Positions 40,100 through 54,285 of a stretch of 64,000 bases of DNA are shown here, one piece after another. Origin of the DNA: Mizuhopecten yessoensis (lineage: Eukaryota). Both the position numbers and the translations under genes were made by a program. How positions within the stretch are numbered: the first letter of the stretch is position 1; each line of letters opens with the position of its first letter. Under the pieces are notes generated by a model, which was given only the letters and a program-made list of their open reading frames with translations, was not told where the DNA came from and ran no database searches. The stretch covers positions 9,687-73,686 of the forward strand of contig NW_018407865.1 of NCBI RefSeq assembly GCF_002113885.1. The letters run 5' to 3'.

Positions 40100-43000
40100 T
40101 GTATATTCATTGTTAAAAGTGTCGAGTCAATGTAGATAACTTGTAAATGGTTGAATCCCCGTCTTTACCCTCCATGCCTACAATACACAAATGACACACA
40201 CAGAATCACGTGCTGCTGAATAAATTAAGGTGTTTTGCCGTGAGGGCATAGATTACATGTCTATAATGGGAAAATTATGAAAAACGTTTCCATTTATCTT
40301 TCTTCAGGCAAATATTCATTGAATTGAATATAGGGTCTACATGATATGCGCAGATGTAAAGGAACTACCGCACATATATCTTCTTAGGTGGTCATACAAA
40401 GACTCATCGCACGAAACACAGGAATCAGATGATTGCATGATACTTCACACTGGGAGTTATAGGGAGCTTTACAGGAGACATGTGACTCATTACTAAGTTG
40501 ACAGATATTCAAAAAGACGATACTGTGGCAGAACGCTGACCAATTAAACACCATCAACAATAGGTTATGTAATGGATTCACTCTTTACCTGACACAATTG
40601 TATCGATTCTTACCTACGGAATGGATTATTCTTATTTCCCTGTGGTTTGATATGGATCTTATTTATTATCACCATACTAGATAAAAAGTTTCGATAGGAG
40701 TAAGACAGTTATTGGTTTGTGTCAATTACACGTGATATGCTCGGTGAAGAAAATGATCGGTTGTTTGTGGTATATACAAGTGTCTCAGAAAGTGTAGTTA
40801 TCATGGAAACGTTTTTCTGAAACCTTAACCACTAAGTAAGTACCCCAAACGAAGTTTGGGTAGTTATTGTTTTTACTCCGATTCTTCTTATTATTTTTCT
40901 TCCTCCTTCTTCTTCCGCTTTCCGGCGTAAAGGTTTCCGACACTTTTCTCAGAAACTATAAGTCGGATCTTCACCGAACTTTGAGGGATTATTACTGATA
41001 GCCTCTAGATGTGCAAACACTTTTTTGTTTTTCCGATTACCATCCAAGCTGGCCGCCATGAATTTTTGAAAATTTTGTGAATTCAAAATTTCTAAAGGTG
41101 TTCGCTAAAGATAGCCAATGTCACCTATCCTATTTTACATGTTTTATAGATATTTTTTCCAATGCATTCCAAATTTGGCATTAAACAATGACATCCGTTT
41201 TCTAATTAGACAAAATAGCTGCCATATACTGGTTACTGATTGGTCGAAACTCTGTTATTGTTCGATTTCGTTCAAATTTAGTATGTATGTGTAATATGGC
41301 ATTGCAATCTCATCTGCGACATTTGTTTTCTAATTTGACAAAATGGCCACCATATACTGGGTTCTGATTGGTCGAAATTTATATATTGTCTGATTGTTAT
41401 GAAAATTGGTATATAGGGGTATTGGGGGACTGCTAATTCAACTGCATAGGTTTCGTTGCCATACAAACAACATGGAAGCTTCAGATTGGTCGAAATTCAG
41501 ATATTTTTCGATTTCACTCAAATTTAGTATGAATGTGTTTTATGCCATTGTGATCCTTTTCTGATGTATTTTTGCGACTATGGGGGGCAGTTTGGGGGAC
41601 TTCTGTAATGGTCCCCCATTACAATTAGTACTTGTTAGACATTGCATTGATAAGAGACTTTGAATAATATGTGGGTTTTTTTTTTTAAACAAAACATTTT
41701 TCGACAAGTTTTAGCTCTTTGAAGTCAATATTTGCAGCATGCTATATAACACTCTTCAGAAAATAAAATGTTCGTGTAAAACAAAAGTAACATATTGTGA
41801 TATATGATAGTATGAATAACATAAGGTCTATTAAAACAGATAGATATGCTTTATATCGTTCTTAAATTATATTCCGTAAAATCTTCTAAAACAACCACTG
41901 GGTAAGACAAGTAATTCTATAAGCTTTCTTGTCTGATCGGGAAATCGAACCTTAATTGAAAAAAATTATGCCTGGCGTAAAACATTGCAAACATCTTCAC
42001 AAATAAAAAGCATCCCATTGTCCAGCAATTGTTCAAGTGAAACCTATATATATATAGTAACCCATTCAAAAATAATATATTCATATCACTCTAAAAGGCA
42101 ATATCACCATTATTTGTTTCATACTTCGAAAGACATATACTTATAGGACAATTATTATTCTTCAACATGTTATATGATTGATGAATCACATGATAGATTG
42201 ACAAAATGTAAAAACAAAAAAAAACAAAAAATATTACGAAAATAGTAACAGGTTCATCACACAGGTTTTCAAAACAATGCATAAATGGAACCCTTCCTTT
42301 TAAAACATATTCCTTCTCTGTCACTCCCTAACAATCGATATTCTGTCTTAACATGGACATGTCCGCATAGCGTCTATTCATCACCGTCTGACTGAAAGTG
42401 CACCTCCAAAACAAATTCATATATGTCATAAGTCTTTGCAATCAGATCGATTCTGAAACACCCAGGGAGCGGGGCCAGAATCTGACTGTAATTACTTTAA
42501 CGGTTTTACAAATGGTGTGCTGATTATTTTGTATCTTACTGTTCATTGAAAAAGCCATGCTAAAACCACGTTCGAAATAAGGCATTAATACAGCTCACAA
42601 TATCCATTAACAGCACACAACGGTTACAGTTTAATTAAGAGTGGGGTGTAAGTCAAGGAGCATTGTTTGTTTAATACGAATCCTGTTAATTCTTGATACA
42701 TTTGAATATGTATACCAGTGTTATTTACATACGGTCGGTATATCCGGTGATTATCATACGAGGCTGCACAAATTATTTCTTTTTATTGAAGTCATAATTA
42801 GATATACCGATTTACCCGGGAAATCCTAGCCATTGTTCATCTTTTAACCAATCGCAGCACATTACAGGGTTGTCTGGTGTACATTTTAGACCGAGAGAAA
42901 TGTAACTAACGCCACTTTCTATCCTGGACCTCTTTGGTATTGGAAATTATCTTTTGCAAGCTCTGACATTCAAAGAAAAAAATAAGGGTAATTTGATACA

Positions 43001-43250
43001 AATGATTTATAGCACTTTTAAAAGAAATAACTACAAGATCATTGTATTGATAGATACAAATTATCCACTTTTGAATATGTATATGGTAGATGGTAACGAT
43101 AGATGTAATCGTAATCACGATATTCCTAATGGATTAAATTATGTGATACGCATCGATTATAAACGGTCATGTATATTCGACACAATAACTGCAAAAAAAT
43201 GTACTCTTTCACCTTAACTATATAGTTTAGTTGGAGTGTTCGACATGTAA
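40100..43250 (+). pseudogene. Degenerate Penelope-like unit (interrupted by HINE and LINE; probably resumes at 47790-50600)
   Basis: 40305-40640 is similar to 51680-52000 and to the reverse complement of 20800-21210 (e.g. GGAAC.ACC.CACA.ATATCTTC.T.GGTGGTCAT; GCACGA.A....CAGATGATT.CATGATAC). Confidence 0.65.
40838..41636 (+). mobile_element. HINE-type element with internal CTGATTGGTCGAA repeats
   Basis: 5' hairpin CCCAAACGAAGTTTGGG plus (TTC/TTA)n microsatellite, three internal repeats (~41236, ~41364, ~41482), and 3' hairpin TGTAATGGTCCCCCATTACA followed by CTTGTT. Confidence 0.7.
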
Positions 43251-43794
43251 ACGATGTTCATTATCCCAGGTTTTCTCAAGCTTGCTAAATACTTTACTGA
43301 TATTGAAATTAAAAAAAAAAATAGACTATATTCGCAAAAATCACTAAAATGATACAGAGGGAATAATAAAAAATATTTTTTCTAGGAACACGTGAAGGAA
43401 ATCAGATACGTCCCTTTGAAATGGCGGATGTTTTAGAAATATGTGCGTTCGGTTGCCGTAAAAAATGACGTATTACTGCGGTTTGCATAGTTTGGACAAT
43501 ATTTGGAATGATAACGTGGGGAAAGGTGTAGTGAAGGATTACAGAAGTTCTGTGAAAGGTGAAGTTGGTCATCTGAATGTGTGATATTTGACGTTATATT
43601 TTGACAATTGTAATTGACTGTTATGCCTAAATTATATATATATACGCATATATTTCCATTTACCTGTATAGGTATACTTACCTATATAGTAGAACTCACG
43701 GTCGCCGGCTCGTCACGCTCTGTCGCGTCTACGCTATTAGTGCGGCGCATAGTTAAGAAAGGGCAATTTAAACAATCGGACAGAAAACGCCAGT

Positions 43795-45205
43795 ATGAAT
43801 GAGAACTTGGATGACAGCATTACCCATTTAAAAACGGTACTTAATTCGAGTGATGTAAGTTTGACATCTACCCAAATAGACAGAGGCATTTACGAACATA
43901 TCAGCACAATTGCCGGACCGCTAGACAAATCGGCATTTAAAGACAAAATAAGAAATATATATAATGGAGACATCGACGACTTACTGAATGCACGTCAGGC
44001 ATTGTATGATACGGCTGCGAGCAAATATCAAAAGGTGGAAGCGTGACACTGGTTGATAATCTATTAGACGATATATATATTCTGTTTCCGTATATCGAAG
44101 GAGATATTCAGAACAGCGATATACGAGGAGTGCTGTGCTACAGAGACAGACATAATAAAGTAGAACCGAAGGTAACTCGCGACACGAGTGTAAATAGTAC
44201 ACATCAGCACGACATTAACATTGCCCCTATGAATACGGGAACGCCCGCCCCTATGAATACGGGACCGCCCGCTCGTACCGCCAATACTGCGGAATTCGCA
44301 CAAAGATTCTTAAGAGATGACGTAACAGCTGATCTGTTTGAGTTAATTATCGGCTTTCGTAATGAAGTGTTAGATCGACTTGAATTTCTCTTGCAAGACT
44401 CTAGAGTTGAGATTAGTAACCTTAAAACGGAAATAAATGGACTCCGAATGGGCATGGAGAAAGAGATATGCGTATAGCCACCTTGGAACATGAACTCAAC
44501 GCTCGTGCAACTGTTCTACGTGAAACAACTGAGCGTACGTCGTCGATCGATACTGAGAACACTGACGCTATTGTGATAGATGCCGATACCTCTGTCAATA
44601 CTAAGCAAAACACACCGGGAACCGACAAACGCAAGTAAAGGGACCAGAAACAAGCACAGAGGGGCAATAGGAAAGTTCAATCTAATTCAGAAACTCGGGA
44701 TCGTCCGGCAACTATCGCTGAAATATACACCGACAAATCGCATGGTCACCTCGAATATGATTCTTATGCAGCAGCTATAAAACATGGCAAACCTAAACCC
44801 CGTCAAACACAGAACGATACCGCCACACGATCGAACTACATTTTTAAAGGCGTTTCGCGGAAACAAAGAACAAAAAGACTGCTGATGTCAAGAATAAAGG
44901 GAAATGGTTCAAATGACGAAGTGGTAGACTCGATTATCTCATACGCAGAACAATACGGTGGAAACGTGACACATGTTAAAATCTTGAAGTTCTGGAATAT
45001 CGACGATCCTAACTATACAGCACGTCTGCACGTTCTTGAAAGCGATTATGAAACAGCAATACAAAATCACTTCTGGCCGGAAGGCGTTCTTGTTAGAGAT
45101 TGGTACGAGCGCACTGAAAAGCGTGATTCGCGAAACCAATACAGTGACAATTCAAAAGGATACAACGAAACTTACAATGCATACGATGGCTTTGTGACAC
45201 ATTAG
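43795..45205 (+). pseudogene. LINE ORF1 (coiled-coil + C-terminal FWPEGVLVR domain), frameshifted
   Basis: Consecutive ORFs 43795-44046, 44043-44477 and 44885-45205; heptad-like LKTEINGLR; WPxGVxVR motif typical of CR1/L2/Jockey-group ORF1. Confidence 0.7.
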
Positions 45206-47682
45206 AACACTTGGATATATGTGTTATAGTGGAACATTGGTTAATGCCTGAACAAATCGGGTTCCTGAACACAATCGATACCAATTTTAAAGTATTCGGT
45301 AGACATGATAACATCTAGGATAGCCCTGGAACCAGAGAATAGAAATGGTCGGGGTTTAGGCGGAGTAGCTATACTGTGGAATAAACGACTACGTGTTTCA
45401 CCGTTACTACATGATGGAAGTGACAGGATTATTGGTGTTCGTATTAAAACAGTTAACTCCTTCGTTTTCGTCTTTGGTGTACGTATGCCTTCATCAAACT
45501 TGTCTACAGCTAAATATATTGAATCGATCGACATTTTATCCGATATGTATGATCGATACGTTGAAGAGGGAACTGTAATTGTTATGGGTGATTTTAATGC
45601 TCAAATTTCCCAGCAGTTTGGTGATAAAAATCATACCGAATCAAACAGTAAAGGAAAAATATTAGAGAAGTTCATGCAAGAGAGACAACTTACCTCTGTC
45701 AATTCTCAGACTTGGTCCTCTGGCGGGAACTATACTTACCTCTCAGGAGATGGCAACACCGCGAGTATGATTGACCATATACTTTTGTGTGACTCAAAAA
45801 TAGATCTAGTCGACTCATGTACGATATGCGACGACCATTTTTTGAACGTGTCAGATCACTTACCAATTAAAATCGTGATTCGCGCTGAACTAGCAAGATG
45901 TACTGACCATATGCCTCTTCGCTCGGTTAACTGGAAAGCAATAGACGATGAGCATATCCGAAACTATCAACAAGTTACAGAATCGTTACTAGGCTCTATA
46001 TATGTGTCCGACTCACCCGATATTGATGTGCGTGCCTGTGATATAGTGCAAGCATTGGAAAAAGCTGCAGAGTCAACACTTCCTTATAAAAAGTACAGAC
46101 ATTATTTAAAGCCATATTGGAACTATGGAACTGTCAAATTACTACACGCGGAAATGAGGCACTTAAGATGTAAATGGATAGAAACTGGACGTCCACGCGG
46201 TAACGCATTCGAATCGTACAGACATTACAAAAATGCAAAAAGGAAATTTCGAAATGAACTAGATCGGGCCAGAAATGAATACGAACAGGAACAATTTCGC
46301 AAACTAGAAACGTATGCTGAAATTGATTCGGGAACATTTTATAAAGCTGTGCGAGCAAAGCGAAGGGATACATCAACTTCAAACGAGCTACGTATCGACG
46401 GTCATGTTTTACGCGATAGCGATACTATTAGGAATGCGTGGAGAGATCACTTTAGTAATCTCTCAAAACCGTTAACGCAACCGCATTTTGATGAAGATCA
46501 TCGACAGCAAGTACACGCGAGTGTAAAGGAAATGTTTAAAGAAAGTCACAATAATTTGGACGGTGTATGTGAAAACTTAATACATACAAAAGAACTGAAA
46601 AGCGCACTATCGAAAATGAGCAATGGAAAAGCGGGAGGACATGATGGTATCGTTATTGAGCATATAAAGTTACTGGGAGATAAAAGTTTGAGCGCTATCG
46701 TTGCCCTATTTAATAAAATTCTGGAAATAGAACGTTACCCGTCACACTTTAAATACGGATTAGTTATAACTCTGTTTAAAGGTGGTAAGAAGGACAGACT
46801 TGATGTGAATAACTACCGAGATATTACGTTAACACCGGTTCTTCAAAAACTCCTGGAAAAGATATTATATTTTCGGATAACATCCGTATGTTCCGAAATG
46901 GTCTTTCCTCACCCCCTCCAGCAGGGATTTCGCCCGCAATGCGGTAGTATCACGGCTGCCTTTATAGTACAGGAATCAATTGCTCACTACGTAGAGCGTA
47001 GATCGAAAGTTTTTGCCGCCTTCCTGGACAATCAAAAGGCATTCAACAGTGTGGATTGAGGGACTTATGTACAAGCTATATAATATCGGCTTTAACGGAA
47101 TATTTTGGCGGTTACTCTTCGATTCATTTCAAGATGTGTACTCTTCAGTCTTTTACGAAGGGAAAAGGAGTGATAAATACCCTATTTTACAGGGAGTAGG
47201 TCAGGGAAGGACATTATCCGCGTGGTGTTTTTTAATTGATTTGATCGTTCATCTAGACGAGCTTAATCAAGGGCTCTGTGATCCATACGACACGAGGCCC
47301 TAGCCCGTTGTTACTTCTAAGCTTGAAATATAGACCGTTTACGTGGGACAAAGTGTATATCCTCAAATTATCATTTACTTGGGAGAACACTGACGTTGTT
47401 TGTAAACTGTGCTCGAAGGAAAGTAGTGATATTGTGACACACTTTGTCATCGAATGTCCAGCCCTATTTCATAGTAGAGATATGTTTTTAGAGAAAGTTG
47501 TAGACTGTATAAATGTGAATTCATACGCTGACTTCTCATTTTTGGAAGAAAGCGACCAAACAAACTTCCTTCTTGGAGATCGAACTAAAGTATCACTACC
47601 AGATGACGAATGGGAGCAACTTATGCTAGCAGTGGCCACCAATATTAAACACCTCTTGAAAGATATGAACTCTGTTCTGTAG
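45186..47682 (+). pseudogene. LINE ORF2 (APE endonuclease + RT), frameshifted, RT core deleted
   Basis: DICVIVEHWL, GGVAILW, VMGDFNA, IDHIL, SDHLPI; GKAGGHDGI, NNYRDITL, QQGFR, FLDNQKAFNSV, GVGQG. The YADD region is absent and the sequence jumps to C-terminal CKLC...HFVIECP. Confidence 0.92.
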
Positions 47683-48227
47683 ATGTTTCCCGATATTCTG
47701 TAATATGTGAAATGTGTCTTTATGTGTATAATCTTTTATGTAAGAGGAAATAAAGAATATCTATCTATCTGTCTATCTATCTATCTATACCCTCCAATAT
47801 CGGTAGGTTATACAATATATAACCCTTTTCTTAAAAATACAATCGATACGTTCCTTTGACATTAAAAAAGCTAAGGTCCCGAGGGATTATTGAAGAAATT
47901 ATTTATGATAATCATCATGGATTAAAACGACTTTTTGTAGGAGAAATATATTTGATTGTTTTTGCCATTTTGCCATTTTTTACGCATACCGACAGATGTT
48001 TGCACATATTGGGTCGGTATTGGCACTTTTCAATAGATATCAACAACACAACTCGTTACACATGGTTTTGGTATAAATAGCACTGATAACATATAACTCT
48101 TTTAAAACGGATAAATATATTCAAATAGGTCTCAATATGTGGATCAGGAACTCCTTTAAAAGTACACCCACTTTGTCCGATCGAATCCCCAAAAATCTCC
48201 GGGTCACTCCACTTTTAAGAATTCTCA

Positions 48228-48372
48228 TATGTGGAAGGAAACCGGAGTACCCACAGAAAACCCACGTGGTTGGGCAGGTGACCCCAACCTTTTCACGTCC
48301 GATCGGGAAATCGAACCCCGGCTGCCTTTGTGAAAGGTAAGTGCGTTATCCACCGCAACACCCGACCACCCT
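48228..48372 (-). mobile_element. tRNA-derived SINE with V-domain-like core, 3'-truncated
   Basis: Minus strand: A-box-like TGTTGCGGTGG, B box GGTTCGATTTCC, then GGGTTTTCTGTGGGTACTCCGGTTTCCTTCCAC. Confidence 0.8.
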
Positions 48373-50699
48373 TTGCTTAATATACAGAAGTATAAAGTAC
48401 GCGAGTCATTATTCGTCTAGTTGAAGGCGGCAGTATCACTGTCAGTTGTATCACGGTTCAAGACACGGTCACTAACTAACACATAATCGATTGTTAGGTC
48501 ATATTGTTAATGAAGGATGAGAAAAGATAAGGAAAGAAAATTAAAGGATCCAAATTTTAAAAGATTTTTTTTTTACATCATAGTTTTTTTTCAACGATGT
48601 AGAAATTAAACCCCTCTTTCTGAATAGCTGCGTTCGCCCATGTCGTTCCACACAATCCACATGTTTTCTTTAAATTTGACACGTCCGCATCGGTGCCTGT
48701 TCCGATACAACCAGACTGATTTTTTTTCATTTTTTTTTTTTATTAATTTCAGACAAATCATATACATGAGGAACCGTCTGAGGATAAAATAAATCAGCTA
48801 CTTTCCTTTACATCAATACAGAAAATTTCTGCAAAAAAAAAAAATAGGTTGTCAGAATTTTAAAGATTTGAAATGGAAATTTATGTAAAAAGGAGTGAAT
48901 TTTGTAAAAAAATAAAATGAAAGACAATTATTTTCAAAATAATGTCAATAAAAAATGATAATGACATAGATAAGTAATGCATTCATGTATATCAATTTTA
49001 TCAAATGCTGAAATTGTGTAAAAAAAATAATTATCAATAAACGATTAAAAATTGACATTTTATAATAAAACCATATACACTTAGTAATTGCATGTAAGAG
49101 TTATCGTCCTTGAAAAACTAAACATAGTAGTGAAATAGGTAGCCGGTTTCCTGTAGTACAGAAAAATGGACACATGTGACTCATTGATAAAAATAAACCT
49201 GAATTAATGCCTGGATTGCTTTAAAAGACTTTAATATTGAGAGAGCACACTGTTCTGTCAATAATAAACATGCAATATTCATCACAGATCTAGACTCATT
49301 AGAATATGCGGAATACTGTGATACTGTCTCCCTAAATTGGATTTTCAACTAGGGATGTACGTCCTATTTCCGTTTATTAATACACTCCTATGACCTTAAT
49401 CAAGCATACAATGTACGTTCAAGGCGTATTCAAGTTCCATCAATAATGTATTTAGGAGCTAGTGCTAAACATTTAAATATTTAATATACTAATGACCTTC
49501 AGATAACATAGGGTTATTTATGCGTGCTAAATAACCTGCTGATATTTTATCAGGCAATTTGACTACAATCCAACACGTCACGAAAATGATAGTAAGAGTA
49601 CTATTGAAAATTAATCCATAGATCAGGAAGTAAAGTAAATATCTTCGCAGAACAATATGCCAATTTCTTCCAATAAGGACATTTTGAAGTTCCAACGAAT
49701 GAAAAACCCTTGTAATAAATGTCCATCAGGAAAAAAGTGTACCAAAAGAAAAAGGAAGAAAATTGCATCTAGGCTGCCGGTATAGTTTCCAGGAATGAAA
49801 AGAACAGCTAAACTGAAATTATGCACGTTTTTTTATTTGAATCATTTTCATATACAACCTGTAATTATTGTTTAAGTTCAAAATGTATTGATCAATATCG
49901 AAATTATTGCTATACAACATTTCTTATTAAAACACAATAGTACTACACTTGCAATGTCATTTACATTACCTTGTTTTCACAATAAAAAGTGAGTAACAGT
50001 TAATCCGATATAGTAGTAACATGCTTATGGTAGCGGAAACAACACCTACAACGTTTGAAAACAAACTGTCGAAAAAGTGTGGGAATTAGTAGCGTTATCT
50101 TTGTTGCCTTACTCTTAAGACGTCACACTTGACGATAAACCTGGGCGCAATTTTCAATAGGCTACTCAACACTAGACTTTCCGCTATAATTTGGTAAAAG
50201 ATACGATATCGGGTAACAGACGATAATGTAATATATTAATCCTTGCAGCGTAAAGAGAGCCAACTGTTATGGTTCGTAACATGAAACCATACTGATTCGG
50301 GGGTTTCAGTAAATAAACGAATGTTCCGATAATCGATTTTTCTGTACATGTTTAAATTTTGGCAAATAGAAGTTCCTATGATGTTTTCTTGTTTCATATT
50401 CTGATAAATGTCCAAAAAGTCAATGTCTGTACTGAAAGGATTTTGGCTTCAACAAATTCTTGATTTGTATTGTTATATTTTAACTTTATATTCATTTATT
50501 TTTGATTTTGTCATTAACTGGATGACATTTGTACGGACATTTCGCTCCCTTTTCTTAATTTACGATGGTAAGTCTTTGTCATACGCCTCCTTGCCATGTA
50601 ATTTTGGGTTAGATATAAGGAAATAAAGACTTTAGTGATGACACTTTAATGATATCTTTAAATAAAATATATTTTATTAGTATCTTGATTCAGCACGGT

Positions 50700-53600
50700 T
50701 TATTTGAAACTTCGCTTTAAAATATCAATTAGAGAAGAAAGTCAATAATGTCTATTATTTGCCATAGGCAATTTATCATAAAGATTCCTTAAACAGGAGG
50801 TTCAATTTTTGTTGTCGTTTTCATTGGCTAACCATGTTTAAAGTATTTAAAAATATGCTGTTTTAATAAAAACGAGACTAGATTGCAGTTTCTCAACATA
50901 AAGACAAATCATAATATCCGCCATCATCGATAGTTGTGGAAAATAAATTTGACCATGTAAGAAATTTAAGATAATGTATGAAATAAGAACAAGGAGCAAA
51001 AGCAAAATTCGATTTAGATAGTGCTAGCATCTGCAATATGTACTAGGAAAGTGTAAAATGTACACTGGTTGTTTTAGTTGAATTTAAAGGTTGAATAAAT
51101 CACACGAATTTAGATTAGTTACATTTCTGACTATATGCTATACACAAACTGTCATCCGGTCAGGTCAATTACCAAGTCTTGTGTAACTGTTAATTTCGCT
51201 GAAATTGTCCGAAATGGATCATTTTTTTTAAAGTGTGGCCGATAAGCCTGTTCATCGGCGCCAAATCGTTTCTGACATTCTTTTATACTAATAGACATTG
51301 TAGATGTCTTATTGACATTCATATGTATTACACATAGCCAATGAATTTTGAAAACCTAATTTGCCAAGTTTTGGTTAGTCCTGTCGTTGATGCTCTACCA
51401 GAGCCCATTTTCTTTCTTTTATCTTTTTGTTTGTAAAAAATTATACAGATTTTTGTTCATTAAGTTTCTTTATTTCAGATACATGTAAGTATAATTTTAA
51501 CATCCATCACTTTGACAGCGAAATACAAATTTCATACATTAAATATCCATACCAAAACATACACGAAGAATTCAACAGTATCTGCTACGTGAACAAATTG
51601 GAGAAATTGTCATCGTATAGACATAAATCAACGTCCATGATAGATAAATCATTATAAAATTGTGAATTTATCATTTTGCAGGTAAACGTTTCATGGATTT
51701 GAATATAGGGTCTACGTGATTTGGAAACATATGCACATTTTTAATGGAACAACCGCACAGATATCTTCCTTGGTGGTCATAAACGAACTGCATGCACGAG
51801 AACTCAGCAGCAGGTGATTGCCTGATAAGCCTGTCACGTGGGATTATATAAAAGACATCTGTAGCTGGTTGGATATTTAAAGGCGATATAACGTTATGTG
51901 TGGATGTGTCTTCCCAATATTATACACCATCATTGATACGCTATCAAATATTTCAAAGGATTTATAACTTTCGATACTTAACTACGGAATGGATTATCAT
52001 CATCTCCTGACGATTAATACGGAATCAGATTTTTAATCAACGTAATGGATAAAATACAAGTTTCAGTGTGATTTAGATAATGTGTCTAATACTGTGTGTG
52101 AACTCCGTGTGTTATTAAATTGGAATATTCAATTTTCCGAGGAATTATGATCTTGGATATATCTGTTGCCAGCAAATTAACGTTGGGATTTATCTTATGA
52201 AATCTAGTTTATTCTAAGAAAAAAATGGAAAATGATAACTATTTCAAAGATAGCTTTCGTATTTAAAAGTAAAAATTAAGATCTTAGGAAGGATAAGTTA
52301 ATGTAGTTCTTAAACATTAGATACAACTGACCACACAAAATCACAATTATAGTCTGGTTTTTTAAAGTGTCGTTACAATAAAAATAGCAGATCTATAGTT
52401 TTTATCAAAAAAACTTTTCCAAATAAGGAAAACCGTGAAAATTAAGAACTGCATAATGAAAACGTTAACAGTATACTGTGAAAATCAAAAAAGGAATAGT
52501 ATATATATATAATATATATATAGGTCTCATAAGTAATAACGAAAGTATGATCCAATATTGGCACTGGACCCGAACAACTTAAAATAGATATGTTCCTGTC
52601 TTGATAAAGGGGCAGATCGCCCTGAAATTTTGACACATTTCTTTGTCTGCACTGTCGTCATTACGTCTTTGCCCATAGATAATATATATATGCGTGTATT
52701 ACTTTTAACGTACAACTTTAAACAAACCCACGATATGCAATTAATGGCAGTTTTGATCTTTCTACAATAAACGGTAATGGTAACATAAATTATCTTCTGC
52801 GGAAGAATTGACAGTAGTTTTAAACTATCAATCAACAGTAATTTGATTAGTGGTAGATTTAATTTATAAACCACGTTATTGCAAATTACCAGATATTCTC
52901 GTTGAGAAAGTACTGTTGTAAAATTGCAGAGAACCAAAACAAAAAAAGGTGTTTCAGAAATACGCGGACACGAGCAAATTTATTGCTACTGATTTGTTGG
53001 AAGACGTTTTTGTAGAAGCATTCCAATACGTATTGTTGAAGAGTTATGTTTTGGAAACTAAAGTTAAATTTTGTAAAGATTGATGACGTAATGACTACGT
53101 CAAGTTGCCGCTCTTAAAACATACACTCGCTACGCTGCCATCCATTGAAACGTTTTAATATGGGCATACACTAACAATGATTGCTGCTTTTACGATGACA
53201 TTATTAAGCTGTTATATATTTAAAGTATAATGTAGAGTTGTAACATATAACAGCTATCGGTTGACTGATTATGAAAAGAAACTAATGTGCAAGAGCGTGT
53301 CATGTCTTATACAGGCCAGTTACTCTTTTGATTTGCTTATCATCATGTTCAATAGGACATTTATAAACTTGTTGTGTCTAATGTAAGACTCCCAAGGTGG
53401 GCCCCTGTTATGATCGAGTTTTGTCTAAATTCTCTGTTTCATGGACATTGACAGCAAATTTGATCTGATGTACACTTCACAATATTTTAGATATTTTTTA
53501 TCATTAATTCCTCTTTTTAAATTAGTTATTTAATTTCAAGTAGTCAAATTTTTTTTGCACACCTGTCGTTTACATTTCCTTGTCAGCTCTATGCATCGAG

Positions 53601-54000
53601 TTACAGACAGTAAAACAATGCCGCTTTCATAATGCCCATAGTGACGTTTATCTAAAAATACAACCATGACGTCATGGTGACGAAATGCTATTTAAATATT
53701 ACACAATACCGGATAAAACGTTGCAGTTATTTTTGAATTGTCCATTTTGACCATTGGTAATTCGTCACGGGCATTTTAAAATTGGGAACAGTTCTGACAT
53801 AACATTGTTCAAACAACTGAACAAAGCATTAAAGCACAAACCAAACATCACATAGACAGCAATACTAGTCATGCGTATAGCACTATTATCAAAAAGTCTA
53901 TACAATAATATGCAATTATGGACATCTGTGATGGTGAATATGATGAGATATAAACCTGAATGTGGGATATTATAATCCGGGGTCTATAACACATTTCTCC
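50700..54000 (+). pseudogene. Degenerate, largely complete Penelope-like (Naiad-type) unit
   Basis: GIY-YIG-like SCVTVN..KCG..FIG at ~51177-51260, WI..IGS..FGN and RGH-like linker at 51693-51780, and RT C-terminal TDS..DVYL, DK, NCPF (53736-53747), RIALLSKSL (~53875-53900). Confidence 0.55.
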
Positions 54001-54285
54001 TCAACATCTCTTTTTCAGGTTCATATGACATCGTAAAATGCTTCCCTGCTTCGTATTTACCATCACAAAAGCTACAGACTGTTCATTCAAGGTCTTTTAT
54101 TAAATTAGTTTGTCTATCATTTTTTGTTATATTATAGCGCAGGTTCCTTATTGTACAACTGGGATATACATATACAACAAAAATGGCAAATTTATTATAT
54201 TTTCCTTGCATGATCAAATGGAATGAAGAAGTTATCTTCTTCGGTTGATTTGGTATTCCAAAATTAAGGGACAGGACCCACTTGT

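Larger units (their letters stand above)
43690..47788 (+). mobile_element. Two-ORF CR1/L2-group LINE with (TATC)n tail, internally deleted
   Basis: ORF1 pieces 43795-45205, ORF2 45186-47682, then AATAAAGAA(TATC)n at 47749-47788. The 5' boundary is approximate. Confidence 0.9.

Noticed and set aside
40305-40700. Paralogous host exon pair (40.3 kb and 51.7 kb, both preceded by pyrimidine-rich CAG)
   Set aside because: All frames have stops, and the segments match the GIY-YIG/linker part of the PLE units.
48228-48372. tRNA gene
   Set aside because: The tRNA-like head runs into a SINE core and lacks a proper acceptor stem.
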